NCBI RefSeq assembly: GCF_025526975.1
Contig: NW_026515679.1
Span: 558,001 to 622,000, forward strand
Direction: 5' to 3'
From: Fimicolochytrium jonesii
Lineage: Eukaryota
DNA: 64,000 nt
The position numbers were made by a program, and so were the translations under genes. Numbering within the stretch: the first letter of the stretch is position 1; every line of letters begins with the position of its first letter. The notes beneath the pieces are model-generated. The model was given only the letters and a program-made list of their open reading frames with translations. It did no database searches and was not told the origin of the DNA. Positions 51,626 to 64,000 of the stretch are shown here, one piece after another.

Positions 51626-51845
51626 CACGTGACTGTTAGTGCGTTTTAAAGGGTGGGCTTCTTTTGGGGCGGGGCGATTGGCCTCAGGCGATGGATGGAT
51701 GGATGAGTTTAAAGTGCAGCCACGTGACCGGTCTCTGATCCCGCGGTTTAAACCTCCTCCATCAGTCACACCACTTTCGCGCTCTTCTCTTTTCTCATTC
51801 AACGCGTGTTTGGGAGGGAGGTGTTCTCTCACCACCTCACACCAC
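51626..51845. promoter_or_regulatory. Cluster of candidate SREBP sites (2 SRE plus 2 E-box) upstream of ERG1
   Basis: CACGTGAC at 51626 and 51721; TCACACCAC at 51766 and 51837. Confidence 0.5.
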
Positions 51846-52180
51846 CCTCCATTCACCCTCAACCCGCTTTGCTCCTGGCACGAGGGCGTGCGCACTGTTC
51901 ATATGCCGTCCAACTCCCTCCTCCCTTCATGATGCAGCCGGCGGAAAAAACCGCAACTTCCACCTCCCGCTGTCCAAGCTCAGCGGCCGATATCTCGTTT
52001 TCCCAGGAAAGCCATAAAGGACGCTTGTGTTCGTGTCCTCCGTCTTTCCGCCGTCTGTCCGTCTTCACTATCATTCAGGACTTCTCACTTCCGTCGGAGT
52101 GTACTGTATCTGTGTGTGCCAAAGTCACTGCGAAAGGTCCCCTGTCATCCCCAACGACCTCCCTATTACGGTGACGCGAC

Positions 52181-54130
<1,950 letters not shown>

Positions 54131-54341
54131 GGAGCCCTGGGGAACCGTAGAGGGTGGTATCTTGCTTTCTCTTCACACTTTTACTTTGTAGACCTTTTAA
54201 TGATGGACCTATATCGGTTGTGTATTAGTACATATGGCGCTGTTTCTTTACTATGGGATGTGTGTGTGGGCGTGGGACGTGATCATTGCAGATTGGAGGT
54301 CGTCGTATCGTGATGGGTGGGCGATGAGGGAGTTATGTCGA

Positions 54342-54519
54342 GGGAGTAACGTGCACACTGAACACGACGCCACGACGCATACTCCTGCCGATAAGACATC
54401 TCTTCCTTCGGCTCCGCCCAACCACCCACAAACGGGGAGTAACGTGCACCTTGAGCACGACGCATGCTCCTGCCGATAAGACATCTCTTCCTTCGTCTCC
54501 GCCGAACCACCCACAAACG
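54342..54519. repeat. Tandem duplication (units of about 93 and 85 bp)
   Basis: gggagtaacgtgcac...ctcctgccgataagacatctcttccttcg...aaccacccacaaacg twice. Confidence 0.9.
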
Positions 54520-55362
54520 CTCCCGGGCCGGTTGAATGGTGGGGTTTCACAACATCAATGACGACCTCAGCTCAGAGGGAAACCTGGGGATTGGGATTGG
54601 AAGAGGACAGTGCCGGCTGGTATCCTTTCATAATCAAGCACGAATTCGGGTATATGCCCCGGGCACGTCCGGATGCACGGATACCCGTAAACCTGTCTTG
54701 CATGATGCATCGCAGCCAACTCTAAATGAACAACTGCAGGATGGGTTTTCTCGATTGGTTACTGGTACTGGCCGTTACCACTGATGTTTGGATTTCACGC
54801 CGCTGGGAGTGCGACCATTTGACGACGCATAACGACGGGTTGGGCGAAAAAAGGGCGATCCGGGAATGAACAGGAGGTGAACAAAGTGGGAAAGAAACCT
54901 CCGAGTTTCCTTTGACAACGTGTCCGGTACGTCCTTGCGTCTCCGTGCTGCATATGCTGAATCCATTCGGGGACGTCACCAGGCAGCAAACCCGGCCGGG
55001 CCACTGGTCGAGACTCGAGATGTTCAACCCGCAGCTCACATCTGGCGATTGGGAGCCAACCAACCCTAAAACCTTGTTTTGTTCCGCCGGATCTCGCGTC
55101 ACCTGATTTCGCATCGCAAGATATTCCGAGAAGGACATCTGAACCGTTTGACACTCCGAAATTCCGACGTAGGAATTGCAGGCTATCGTTCCCACTTCCG
55201 AGCAGTGTAGATACCACACCGCAAACCACTATCGCACATATACCTCATCTCGTTGCGCCGTCCGGATGTCAAAAGGGAGGGCGCAGAAACTAGTTCCAGT
55301 CCCTCGTAAGTACAGTATACTGTACAGACCGCCTCGCCAAATTTCACACTAGCACTCTCACA

Positions 55363-58338
55363 ATGACCAGTTTCGAGCTACAAGAATCCCGCCAGCACCT
55401 GGTGGTGCAGCAACAACTCCCCGACCTGGACCCGGCTACGCCATGGCACACCCTCGATGCCACCGCAATCGCCACAACACTGCAAACCGACCTTCTGACC
55501 GGTCTCACCCCCACCTCCGTCGCAGCCCGCCTAACCAAATACGGCCACAACCAGCTCTCCGGCAACGGCAGCCCAACATGGGTCAAAATCCTTCTCATGC
55601 AGCTCATCGACCCCATGAACTGGCTCTTCCTCGCCCTCGGCGTCGCCGGCTTCTTGTTAAGGGACTACATCACGGGCGGGTTCCTGACCGCTCTGGCGCT
55701 CATCAACCTCGGGTTATCGTTCTCGCAGGAGTATGCGGCGGAACAGACATTGGCGGCGTTGAAGAGTCTGTCAAATCCCGTCGCGACGGTCGTGAGGGAG
55801 GGGAAGGAGGTGAAGGTTAGCACGCAGGAGATCGTGCCGGGGGATATCGTCGTGTTGAACCATGGGGATGCGGTCCCGGCGGACTGCAGGGTGGTGGAGG
55901 TGACGGATCTCCAGACGGATGAATCTCTTCTCACGGGGGAATCGTTGCCGGTCAAGAAAGACACAGCGACGCTACCGACGCCCGATGAGCCGCTCGGCGA
56001 CCGAATCAACATGGTCTACTCCTCCACGATCATCTCGAAAGGCCGCGCCCGCGCCATGGTCGTCGCAACAGGGATGTCGACCCAGATCGGCCGTATCGCG
56101 ACCACACTCCAGAACACCGACAAATCCGACCTGACCCGGCTGCAGAAATCGCTTTACAAGATGTACGTCTCCCTCATGTTCGTATCGATCGGCGGCGCTG
56201 TCCTCGTGCTCGCGACGCAGAAATTCAACGTCAGTTACCAACTGGGCATGTATGCCGTCACCGTGGCCCTCAGCGTGCTTCCCGCCGGGCTGACGACCGT
56301 GCTAACGGTCACGCTGGTGATGGGCGGGAAGGAGATGACGAAGCATAATGCGATTGTGCGGAAACTGAAATCGTTGGAGACGCTCGGCAGCGTTACGCAT
56401 ATCTTTTCCGATAAAACGGGGACGCTGACGCAGGCTAAGATGGTGGTTGTGAATTGTTGGATACCTGGTGTGGGGCATGTGTTTGTAGAGCCGAGGGGGG
56501 TCGAACCCGTCGGGGATGTATACATCACCGGGGCCGTTGCCGTCGAATCCGCGCCGAAACCGGGTACCCCAAATATCACAAGAGTCGGAAAAGCGACGGA
56601 CGAACCACTCGACGACCACATCCGCGACTTTACACTCTGCGCTGCGCTGTGCAACCTAGCCTCCATCACATCCTCGTTCGACGACACCAAAACGCCTACA
56701 TACGCCACCAGCGGCTCCGCAACCGAAGTCGCGCTGCAAGCCTACGCGCACAAACTGTCCATGTCGAAACCCACGTTGGAGAACGAGCAGGGGTGGGTAC
56801 CCATCTACGATTTTCCGTTCACGAGCAATTTGAAACGGATGTCGGTCGTGTATCGCGGCCCTGGGGGCGAGGTGAAGGTGTTTACGAAAGGGGCCGCGGA
56901 GATCTTGCTTGGGTTGTGCGTTCCTGATGAGGAACGAGATGGGAAGGTGCGCGAAATGGTGGATGAGTTTGCACAGCGGGGGTTGAGGGTCATTCTCCTA
57001 GCGTCGCGAACGCTTCCGAGGGATGAGGTGCCTGTTGATGATGCAGCATGGACGACGATAGAGCGGGGAACCGTGGAGCGCGAGTTGGAATTCCTGGGTC
57101 TAGCGGCGATCTACGACCCGCCACGTCCGGAGTCGGCGTCGTCGGTTCGACAGGCTCATGAGGCGGGGATCAGCGTGCATATGTTGACAGGGGACCATCA
57201 GCGCACGGCCGTTTCCATCGCCTACCAAATCGGTATCCTCACTCGTGACCCCCGCCTGCTGTCCCCCGCCGAACTGCAACGGGTGTGCACAACAGGCCCA
57301 GCCTTCGACGCCCTAACCGACGCCGAAATCGACACCCTAAACCCACTCCCCTTAGTAGTAGCCCGCTGCAGCCCCGAAACAAAAGTCAAAATGCTCCACG
57401 CCGCGCACCGCCGCAACCACATCACCGCCATGACCGGCGACGGCGTCAACGACTCCCCCTCCCTCGCCATCGCGGACATCGGCATCGCGATGGGTCTCGC
57501 CGGGTCAGACGTTGCCAAATCCGCGTCGGATATCGTCCTCGCCGACGACAACTTCGCTACCATCATCGTCGCTATCCGCGAGGGGCGACGGCTGTATACC
57601 AACATCCAGCGGTTCTTGTTGTTTTACTGGATAACCCTCCTCTGCTGCGCCCTGGTCGTCATCGTCAATGTGGCGGTGAAAGACCCCGCCGGTCTGCCTG
57701 CCCCGCCATTCACGCCCATGATGATCCTCCTCCTGTTCTGTCTCACCACGACCCCCGCGGCAGCAATCAGCATGCAACCGGCGTCCCCAACAACAATGTC
57801 CAACCCGCCGCGGCCGCCTACCGAATCGATCTTCAACCCCGAGATCCTCCGCGACCTTGGCTTCTACTCCCTCGGCACCGCGCTCCTCTGCGCGGGGGCG
57901 TACGAGACCGTGCTCTTCACCGGTGGGGGCATCACGGCAGAGAAATGCGATGATGTATATATGCCCGAGGGGTGTGGCCCGCTGTACCGCGCCCGCACGA
58001 CCCTATTGGCAACTTACCTCCTCACCGCGCTCGTGCAGTCGGTGCACTGCCGGTCCTTCCGGGCGCGGGAATTTACCACCCGGGCCGGTCTAGTCAAAAC
58101 AAAAAACGATACGACACTGTTGGTCAGTACGGCGGCGGGCGTGACAGTGTTGTGTGTGGTTGTGTATGTGACGCAGATTGGCAGAGCGGCGTTCAAGTTT
58201 GATCCGATTGGGTGGGAGTGGGGGTGGGTTGTGGGGGCGACAGTGGTGTGGATGATTGCGGGGGATGTGTGGAAGGTGGGGAAGGAGGCGGTTTGGCCGG
58301 TGAGGAGGGCGGTGGTTGTGGGGGAGGGGGAGGTGTAA
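55363..58338 (+). CDS. ENA1: P-type IID (ENA-like) cation-transporting ATPase, intronless
   Basis: TGES, DKTGTLT, KGAAE, DPPR, VHMLTGDH, LPLVVARCSPETKV and TGDGVNDSPSL, which include ENA-clade signatures. Confidence 0.85.
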   Translation: MTSFELQESRQHLVVQQQLPDLDPATPWHTLDATAIATTLQTDLLTGLTPTSVAARLTKYGHNQLSGNGSPTWVKILLMQLIDPMNWLFLALGVAGFLLRDYITGGFLTALALINLGLSFSQEYAAEQTLAALKSLSNPVATVVREGKEVKVSTQEIVPGDIVVLNHGDAVPADCRVVEVTDLQTDESLLTGESLPVKKDTATLPTPDEPLGDRINMVYSSTIISKGRARAMVVATGMSTQIGRIATTLQNTDKSDLTRLQKSLYKMYVSLMFVSIGGAVLVLATQKFNVSYQLGMYAVTVALSVLPAGLTTVLTVTLVMGGKEMTKHNAIVRKLKSLETLGSVTHIFSDKTGTLTQAKMVVVNCWIPGVGHVFVEPRGVEPVGDVYITGAVAVESAPKPGTPNITRVGKATDEPLDDHIRDFTLCAALCNLASITSSFDDTKTPTYATSGSATEVALQAYAHKLSMSKPTLENEQGWVPIYDFPFTSNLKRMSVVYRGPGGEVKVFTKGAAEILLGLCVPDEERDGKVREMVDEFAQRGLRVILLASRTLPRDEVPVDDAAWTTIERGTVERELEFLGLAAIYDPPRPESASSVRQAHEAGISVHMLTGDHQRTAVSIAYQIGILTRDPRLLSPAELQRVCTTGPAFDALTDAEIDTLNPLPLVVARCSPETKVKMLHAAHRRNHITAMTGDGVNDSPSLAIADIGIAMGLAGSDVAKSASDIVLADDNFATIIVAIREGRRLYTNIQRFLLFYWITLLCCALVVIVNVAVKDPAGLPAPPFTPMMILLLFCLTTTPAAAISMQPASPTTMSNPPRPPTESIFNPEILRDLGFYSLGTALLCAGAYETVLFTGGGITAEKCDDVYMPEGCGPLYRARTTLLATYLLTALVQSVHCRSFRAREFTTRAGLVKTKNDTTLLVSTAAGVTVLCVVVYVTQIGRAAFKFDPIGWEWGWVVGATVVWMIAGDVWKVGKEAVWPVRRAVVVGEGEV

Positions 58339-58819
58339 ATGCTGGGATGGGATAAGTGGATGCTTTTCGTGGCCACTGCCACTGCTTCCGACGAGTTATG
58401 ACTTCCGACGCACTTAAATGTTTTGGGGCAGATGCCATGTAAGGCGTACCAACAATCATTAGTTCTGTAACTGTGTAGATACTATCGTAATGTACAAAAG
58501 CAATGAACTCGCACTCGCACGGAGCACGGATTTGAACTCTGGCATGCTCTTCACGTCCCTCACATTAATATCGGCACTGCATCTGCTTCAATGAAGACGA
58601 AGACCGAAACAGACCGTCGCGGCGTCAGTACTTGCATTGTATTTATGTACAGAATAATGGTAAATGGGTCAATTCCGCTACGTCCTAGTGCCATTGGGCC
58701 AAGCTGATTGAGTTTGCAGCGTGCAATCCTGGAACCCCAATCGCTAGGCTACATGTACATGTGCATCAACTCCTTGAGAGCACTGCCCATGACGCTCATC
58801 TCCTTCTCCTTCCTGACCC

Positions 58820-59342
58820 CTAAGTCCTCCCCCCCATAACCCTCACAAACTCCTCCAATCCAATCCTCCCATTCTCCACTCTACACTCCTCCAAAACCTC
58901 CTCAACCTCCCTCTCGGTCAACCGTTCCCCAAACCCCGTCAACACCCTCCTCAGCCTCGCCACCTCTATGTACCCCTTCCGCTCCGTATCCAGCACATAA
59001 AACGCTTCCTTCAGTTCCGATTCCGTGTCGTCTGCGCCCGGTGGGGTGGGTTTGGTGCTGTGTTGCGGCCGGCGCGAGATGAGGGCCAGGAAATCGGGGA
59101 AATCGAGGGTGGGTTTGAGGGTTGTCAGGAGGGATTGGGCGGGGTGTTGGCCGCAGGAGCGGAGGACTTTGAGGCAGGTGGGGGCGTCGATTAGGCCGTC
59201 GCTGTCGTCGTCGAACTGGAGTGAACCAGGATTAGGTCGTGGGAACTTGACAGGTCCTGTGGTGAAGATCTACTTCGATACTTACCAGCGAGAATGCCTC
59301 TTTGAACTCTGATATTTGGGCTTCTGTTAGTTGGTCTGCCAT
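58820..59342 (-). CDS. Divergent calmodulin-like / myosin light chain-like EF-hand protein, 2 exons
   Basis: MADQLTEAQISEFKEAFSL|FDDDSDGLID..LRSCGQHP..ELKEAFYVLDTERKGYI..FGERLTEREV..GRIGLEEFVRVMGGRT*. Not in the ORF track. Confidence 0.85.
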
Positions 59343-59538
59343 GGCTTTGGAGTCGCTGTGCGTCTGTCTGAGGTATCTGCAAGTCCTGTGTGTGTTCGGC
59401 CGTGGAGCAAGTTTGCCACTGGCCAGAGCAGGTCGAAGCGGACCGCTGGTGTGTCACGTCGCCGCTTATCGCCACTCCTAGTATAGACGCGTTCGTCTCT
59501 GAACCTGCTACTCACAAATCCTAAGCGCTCATCTCACA

Positions 59539-59859
59539 ATGCCTAAAACACGCGCCAACCAGAAGCTCAGAGCCTTGCAGGTGCCGCGGGCTCCACCAGA
59601 GGACATTGACACCCTGTCTGCTTTGGACGACAACGGCTCGGGAAGCGGCACAGAGTTCGAGGTTTTCGGCCCTGGGGTGTACGCGTCAGCCTTCCCTGCC
59701 GAAACTTGGGCAGAGTATGCGCAATACCTGCAAGAGAAGAAAGAAGAGCTCGAAAAGCACCCTAAACGCAGGACCACAAAATTTCGATCCTACAAACGCC
59801 AAGTTGTGAAGCTCTTGAAGGTGGGTTTTGAAAGCAAGAATATCCCTTCGCCGTTGTGA
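59539..59859 (+). CDS. Hypothetical protein (possible first exon or relic)
   Basis: 106-aa ATG ORF with protein-like composition, divergent from the calmodulin-like gene. There is a possible donor GTGGGT at 59821, but no downstream exon was identified. Confidence 0.3.
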   Translation: MPKTRANQKLRALQVPRAPPEDIDTLSALDDNGSGSGTEFEVFGPGVYASAFPAETWAEYAQYLQEKKEELEKHPKRRTTKFRSYKRQVVKLLKVGFESKNIPSPL

Positions 59860-59885
59860 AGACGCGAATCCGCTCGTATGCGGGT

Positions 59886-60271
59886 GGGAGGACACCAGAT
59901 GGCTGCCAGCTTTATCGTGTTCCCTGGGCATGGCGCAATATGGCCAAGTGGGCACATGTCTGTCCGTGGGGTGGGAATAACTGGCCCCGGCCGCAGATTT
60001 TGTCACCCTCAGTGACTTTCTGTTGGGGGCCCGTACCGCCATCCGGACCGCTTCCTTCGGTATTTTGATATTGGTCTACAACAGGGACATCACTTTTGTG
60101 ATGGGGAGGACACCAGATGGCTGACCCAGCTGTATCGTGTTTCCTGGGCATGGTGCAATATGGCCAAGTGTGCACATGTCTGTCCGTGGGGTGGGAATAA
60201 CTGGCTCCGGCCGCAGATTCTGTCACCGTCAGTGACTTTCTGTTGGGGGCCCGTACCGCCATCCGGACCGC
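59886..60271. repeat. Near-identical direct repeat, about 166 bp x2 (period about 219)
   Basis: gggaggacaccagatggctg...gtaccgccatccggaccgc at 59886-60051 and 60104-60271, with few substitutions. Confidence 0.95.
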
Positions 60272-60572
60272 GTTGTGCCCTAAAAGTTATATGCCTTTCC
60301 TTACTGTCTTTTTGATGAATTCACCATACTAATGTCCATTTTCGTGAGGCCCTTAGAGCGGAAAACGGGACCTAAGTCACAGAAAGTATGTTCAAAGGTG
60401 CATGTACAAAAACGGATAGAGACTGCCGTCGCCACCGATCTGGCTCTCTTCTATCCTCCCTAGCTCCTCTCTATTTATCTTACAACATCGGGCGCTCCGG
60501 GGGTTCTGTAGTGGCCTTCCATGCCACGCTCCCACCGGCCACCGGCTTCCATTGCCTCAACGCGACTTCCCG

Positions 60573-62034
60573 TCACCCTTGCAACACCAGCACAGCGCTC
60601 GGTACAAGGTTAAGTTCCTTGAGTGTTTTCTGGCGGTCGGATCCATCGAGCACTTTGCGCGGGAACGTCTGGACAAGCTTGAAACTGCCTGTGGGGTGGG
60701 ACTGAGAGGCGAAATCGTAGACGGCGGAAAGCGTGTCGTCGGCGCTGAAGGTTTTTGTTAGGGGCGCACCTTCTGGGAGGCGAATCTGGTCGACAATGGG
60801 GTGGGAACGTTAGATGATGGCTGGTTGGGCGGAAGGGAATAGTCTGTAGTATACCTGCAGACGAGCCTCTGTGTGACTTGCGGAAGCTGTTTGAACGATG
60901 GCGGCGGGTTTGGCAGGAGCTAGCGGTGCGGGCGCAATACCTTGCGCGGCTAGCTTTCTTTCCTCCGCCTGAGTGTGGGAAGAGGTGTCAGAACGTCATT
61001 GATTTTCGCAAACGACAGAACCGAACCCGCCAAACGACCAGAAAGGATATGCTTCAGCCTTCTCCCACCCCTCCTACCTGTCTAGCGCGTTCCTTTTTGT
61101 CTTCCTCAATTTTGGCACGAATCCTCGCCTTAGCGCGAAGATCATCCTCCTTCTCCTTCTTCTTCGCTTCCAACGCTTTCTGCATCTCCTTCTCCTTTAA
61201 CCGTTCCTTCATCTCCGTCATCTCCTTCCCAGTAGCTCGCCTAATCTTCTCCTTCCCTTTGTTCTCCTCAATCTCCGCCAACCGCTTCTGTTCGCGCTTC
61301 TCAGCCAGTCGCGCCTGGATGTCAGCCAACTTTGCCTTTTTCTCCTCCTCGGTCAATGGCTTGATGGCGTCTGTGGACTCGGAAAAGTTTTGGTGCCCGC
61401 TCTTGATCGCGTGCATCTCAGCCGCGGTTGCGTCGCGGAGGAGACGACCGCAGTCGTCGCATTTCAGGGACTGGGCTGTGGCTTGCTCTGCTGTGATGAT
61501 GCCTTCGTCGTCGTTTCCAGCGTCCCCACCCGCTCCTGCGCCTCCGCTAGTGGACGGTGCGGCAAGCTCCTCAGGCGTGGGGTCGGGATCTTCCGTGTGC
61601 GCGAACAGCCTGAGTTGGAGGCAAGAGTAGAGAGTGGTGAGGACGTGCTCATCTTCGTCGCTATCACTGCAAGTCAAAGGTCATCCTTCATTCTCTCCTT
61701 ACCAGTCCATAGCAGGCTGTAATCCAGCATTCTTGGTGACCTGCAGCGCCTTTGTCCTGTTGGGAAAAGGAAACAAAACGTTGACAGTTGGTATCGAGCT
61801 CAGCCGGTTCCGAATTTCCCAGCATTCAAGTTCACGCCGCGCAATCCACAAGTCATCCAATTCGGAGCCTATTCGCTTACACTTTAGCGGTGCTGAAGCC
61901 CATATCTAGGGAGAGCAGCCGAATATTAGATTGAAGGTATGGTAGGAGCATATCGAGTTTTAGAGTTGCCCAATGACCGATGATCTAGCGGCCCATGCTC
62001 ACTTACCAATCAACGTGTCTCTGTCGGAAGGCAT
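60573..62034 (-). CDS. UBA - C2H2 - coiled coil - UBX protein (UBXN1-like Cdc48 adaptor), multi-exon
   Basis: MPSDRDTLI|DMGF..AMDW, CDDCG..HAIKSGHQNFSES, RLQ|IRLPEG..TFPRK..LKELNLVPSAVL. Confidence 0.9.
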
Positions 62035-62453
62035 CTTGGGGAAATTGATAACCGATTAGTCCACGGGGTGTTCAGGAGGTTATGTGTGAGACGTGCAGTT
62101 CGCACGAACGGTAGTATAATAAGTATGGTTCGGCTGCAGATGCGGGATGCGTTGTGTGAAGGGCTTGGGGAGGAATGAATGCGGAAGTCCAACGAGTCCA
62201 ACTGCCGAAATCTGCAGCTCCGGTGACAGGGGGACATTTGGGACCTGATCTGGGACCAATCTGGGACCTTCCGAAATTGAAAGACAACGGCTCGTCGGAC
62301 CACATTCTCACGGGAACCTCCTATATCGCTGCATACGTATACCACCGGCTGCCGCAGGCGAAGATACGGCACACATTTCCTCTTTCTATGCTTCAAGTCG
62401 AACGTTTTTTCCACTTTCACCGGCACTTAAAAGAACAGGCCACACCAGTCAAA

Positions 62454-64000
62454 ATGTCCCCGCGCACCGTCCTCAGCCTTATCCCACCTCCAAGCTTCTC
62501 TGACGGGGACTCTTCCACGCATCCGTCGCCCGTCACCGGCGTCAACGCATCCACGCTACGGAACTTTCTCAAAAAGTGTGGGCCGACGCTGAAAGCCATA
62601 TACGAGGCTAATCCCTCCAAATGCCCTCTGACTGCGAGGAACGGGGCAGATCGGAAGGTGGTGTTTTCGGCAGATGCCGCTTTGGAGAGCTTACCCCGGG
62701 GCTATGTGATGATTACGATCCCCCGACAAAACACTACTACGCCCAAGGCGGGGGATTCCTATGTGTGGGGGCACCCAAGGTGAGGATCGCAACGTTTTTT
62801 TTGTCGCTTGTTGAAGTGGCGATTGTCACCAGGGATGGGTCGCTGTATGTACCCCTCAGCGTTGCGATCTCCAACCCATCCCTAATCTCCTCCTCCTCCT
62901 TCTGTTATATGATTTGCATTCTTCAGCGGAATCAAGTTTCGGAGCGTGTCAGAGTTCTTACCCCATCTGACATGGCTCGCAACCAGCGAAACCCATCAGG
63001 CTTCTGAATGTGAATGCAAGCCGTGCATGTCATGGATAAGGGGCTCTACACCTAGGGTACGGAAGCGCACAAGCGAAACACCCGGAGAGTCGTCAATCGG
63101 CGGCTCAAAGAAACCGAGATTGAGTCATCTCGGAAACAACACGAGTCCGATTGTCGTTTCGGACACTGAATCGGAGGCAGGGCCAGTTCCGTCGGATCGG
63201 GTGCCAGCGGCTGGATCTGCATTAGCTGTCGCTTTTGCACAACGGATGGCGAAAGAAGCGAAGGGAGTGAAGAAATCGCCAACGAAACAAAGAACGCAGA
63301 GTGCCCTTCCCAGCGAATCAAAACTCGCCCGCCCGATCAGCCAGTCTGTTGGGTTCAATCAACCAATGAAGCACAGCAGAACGTTGATCGACCCGATCCA
63401 AGTGGAGGGACCGAAGCAGAGGCCAAACGCATCGACGCGGACCGAGACCCTCTCTCCTGATCTCGACGATCCATTAGATTCGGCATCATTGTCTTCGTCT
63501 CCGGTCCTCCTAACGAAGGCCGCGAAAATCATGGAACGCACCCCAGCAATTCACAGAGCATCACTAACGGAAAGGATACCCAGGAACGTCTATGACAAAA
63601 TGAAAACGCAACATCGGGAAGAGCTCAAGAATTTCGTTCCATCTTTCCGGACCGAGCCTTACTACCGCTTCGGCGACATTGTATGGATCCAAACATACCT
63701 GCAGCTGTCGTCTAGGGAGCCGAATGTGCGGATCCACAGTGGGGATGAAGCGGTTGATATGGATATCAGTTGTTTGCAGGATACATTGTCCTACTGGCCC
63801 GCCGTCATCAATTCAGTCTATACCACGACTGGCACATCGGCGAAAGATTCACGGGAACCCTTACGGAGGTTTTGGGCTACACCGATTTTTGTTCATGAAG
63901 ACGATACAGACGATGAGACGCACCAGGTTGGCGATGGTCCCAAACTGAATGCTGGACTTCAAATGATCGCGACGCACCACTATCCGAATCCGCGCTCGCT
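62454..64000 (+). CDS. Cryptic loci regulator 2 (Clr2)-like silencing protein, partial (runs off window end)
   Basis: FSDGD, LPRGY..DSYVWGHP|SGIKFRSVSEFLPHLTWL..CECKPC, YRFGDIVWI, WPAVI. Confidence 0.8.

Overview
Eukaryotic, intron-rich fungal DNA with short GT-AG introns (about 55-100 nt). Gene content and intron style suggest an early-diverging (chytrid-like) fungus, which is an inference. The window is gene-dense, with about 27 mostly housekeeping genes: a maltose O-acetyltransferase (partial), two proteasome alpha subunits, CRT10-like WD40, RRP17, HDAC8-like, METTL22, VanZ-like, a very long DBF4, DUF4536, LYAR, TFIIIC sub6, COX15, a GPI-type aspartic protease, an Alba/RPP25 protein, CDC1/MPPE1, NAA25, an Sgf29-like Tudor protein, VDAC, cystathionine beta-lyase, chitin synthase, ERG1, an ENA-type ATPase, a divergent calmodulin-like gene, a UBA/UBX protein and a Clr2-like gene (partial). 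I found no intact mobile element, tRNA, rRNA or CRISPR array, and no convincing novel multi-gene system. The most interesting signals are finer-scale: (1) a long, strongly base-paired VDAC intron that may be an ncRNA; (2) a 15-nt microexon carrying the HDAC catalytic His-His; (3) an ATG split by an intron, where retention gives ATG-TAA; (4) clusters of SREBP-type and Gcn4/Cbf1-type motifs; (5) an ENA pump with non-canonical ion-binding helices; (6) alternating C-rich and G-rich blocks within coding sequence; (7) several decayed or duplicated intergenic relics. Exon structures were inferred by eye, and gene coordinates span start to stop including introns.
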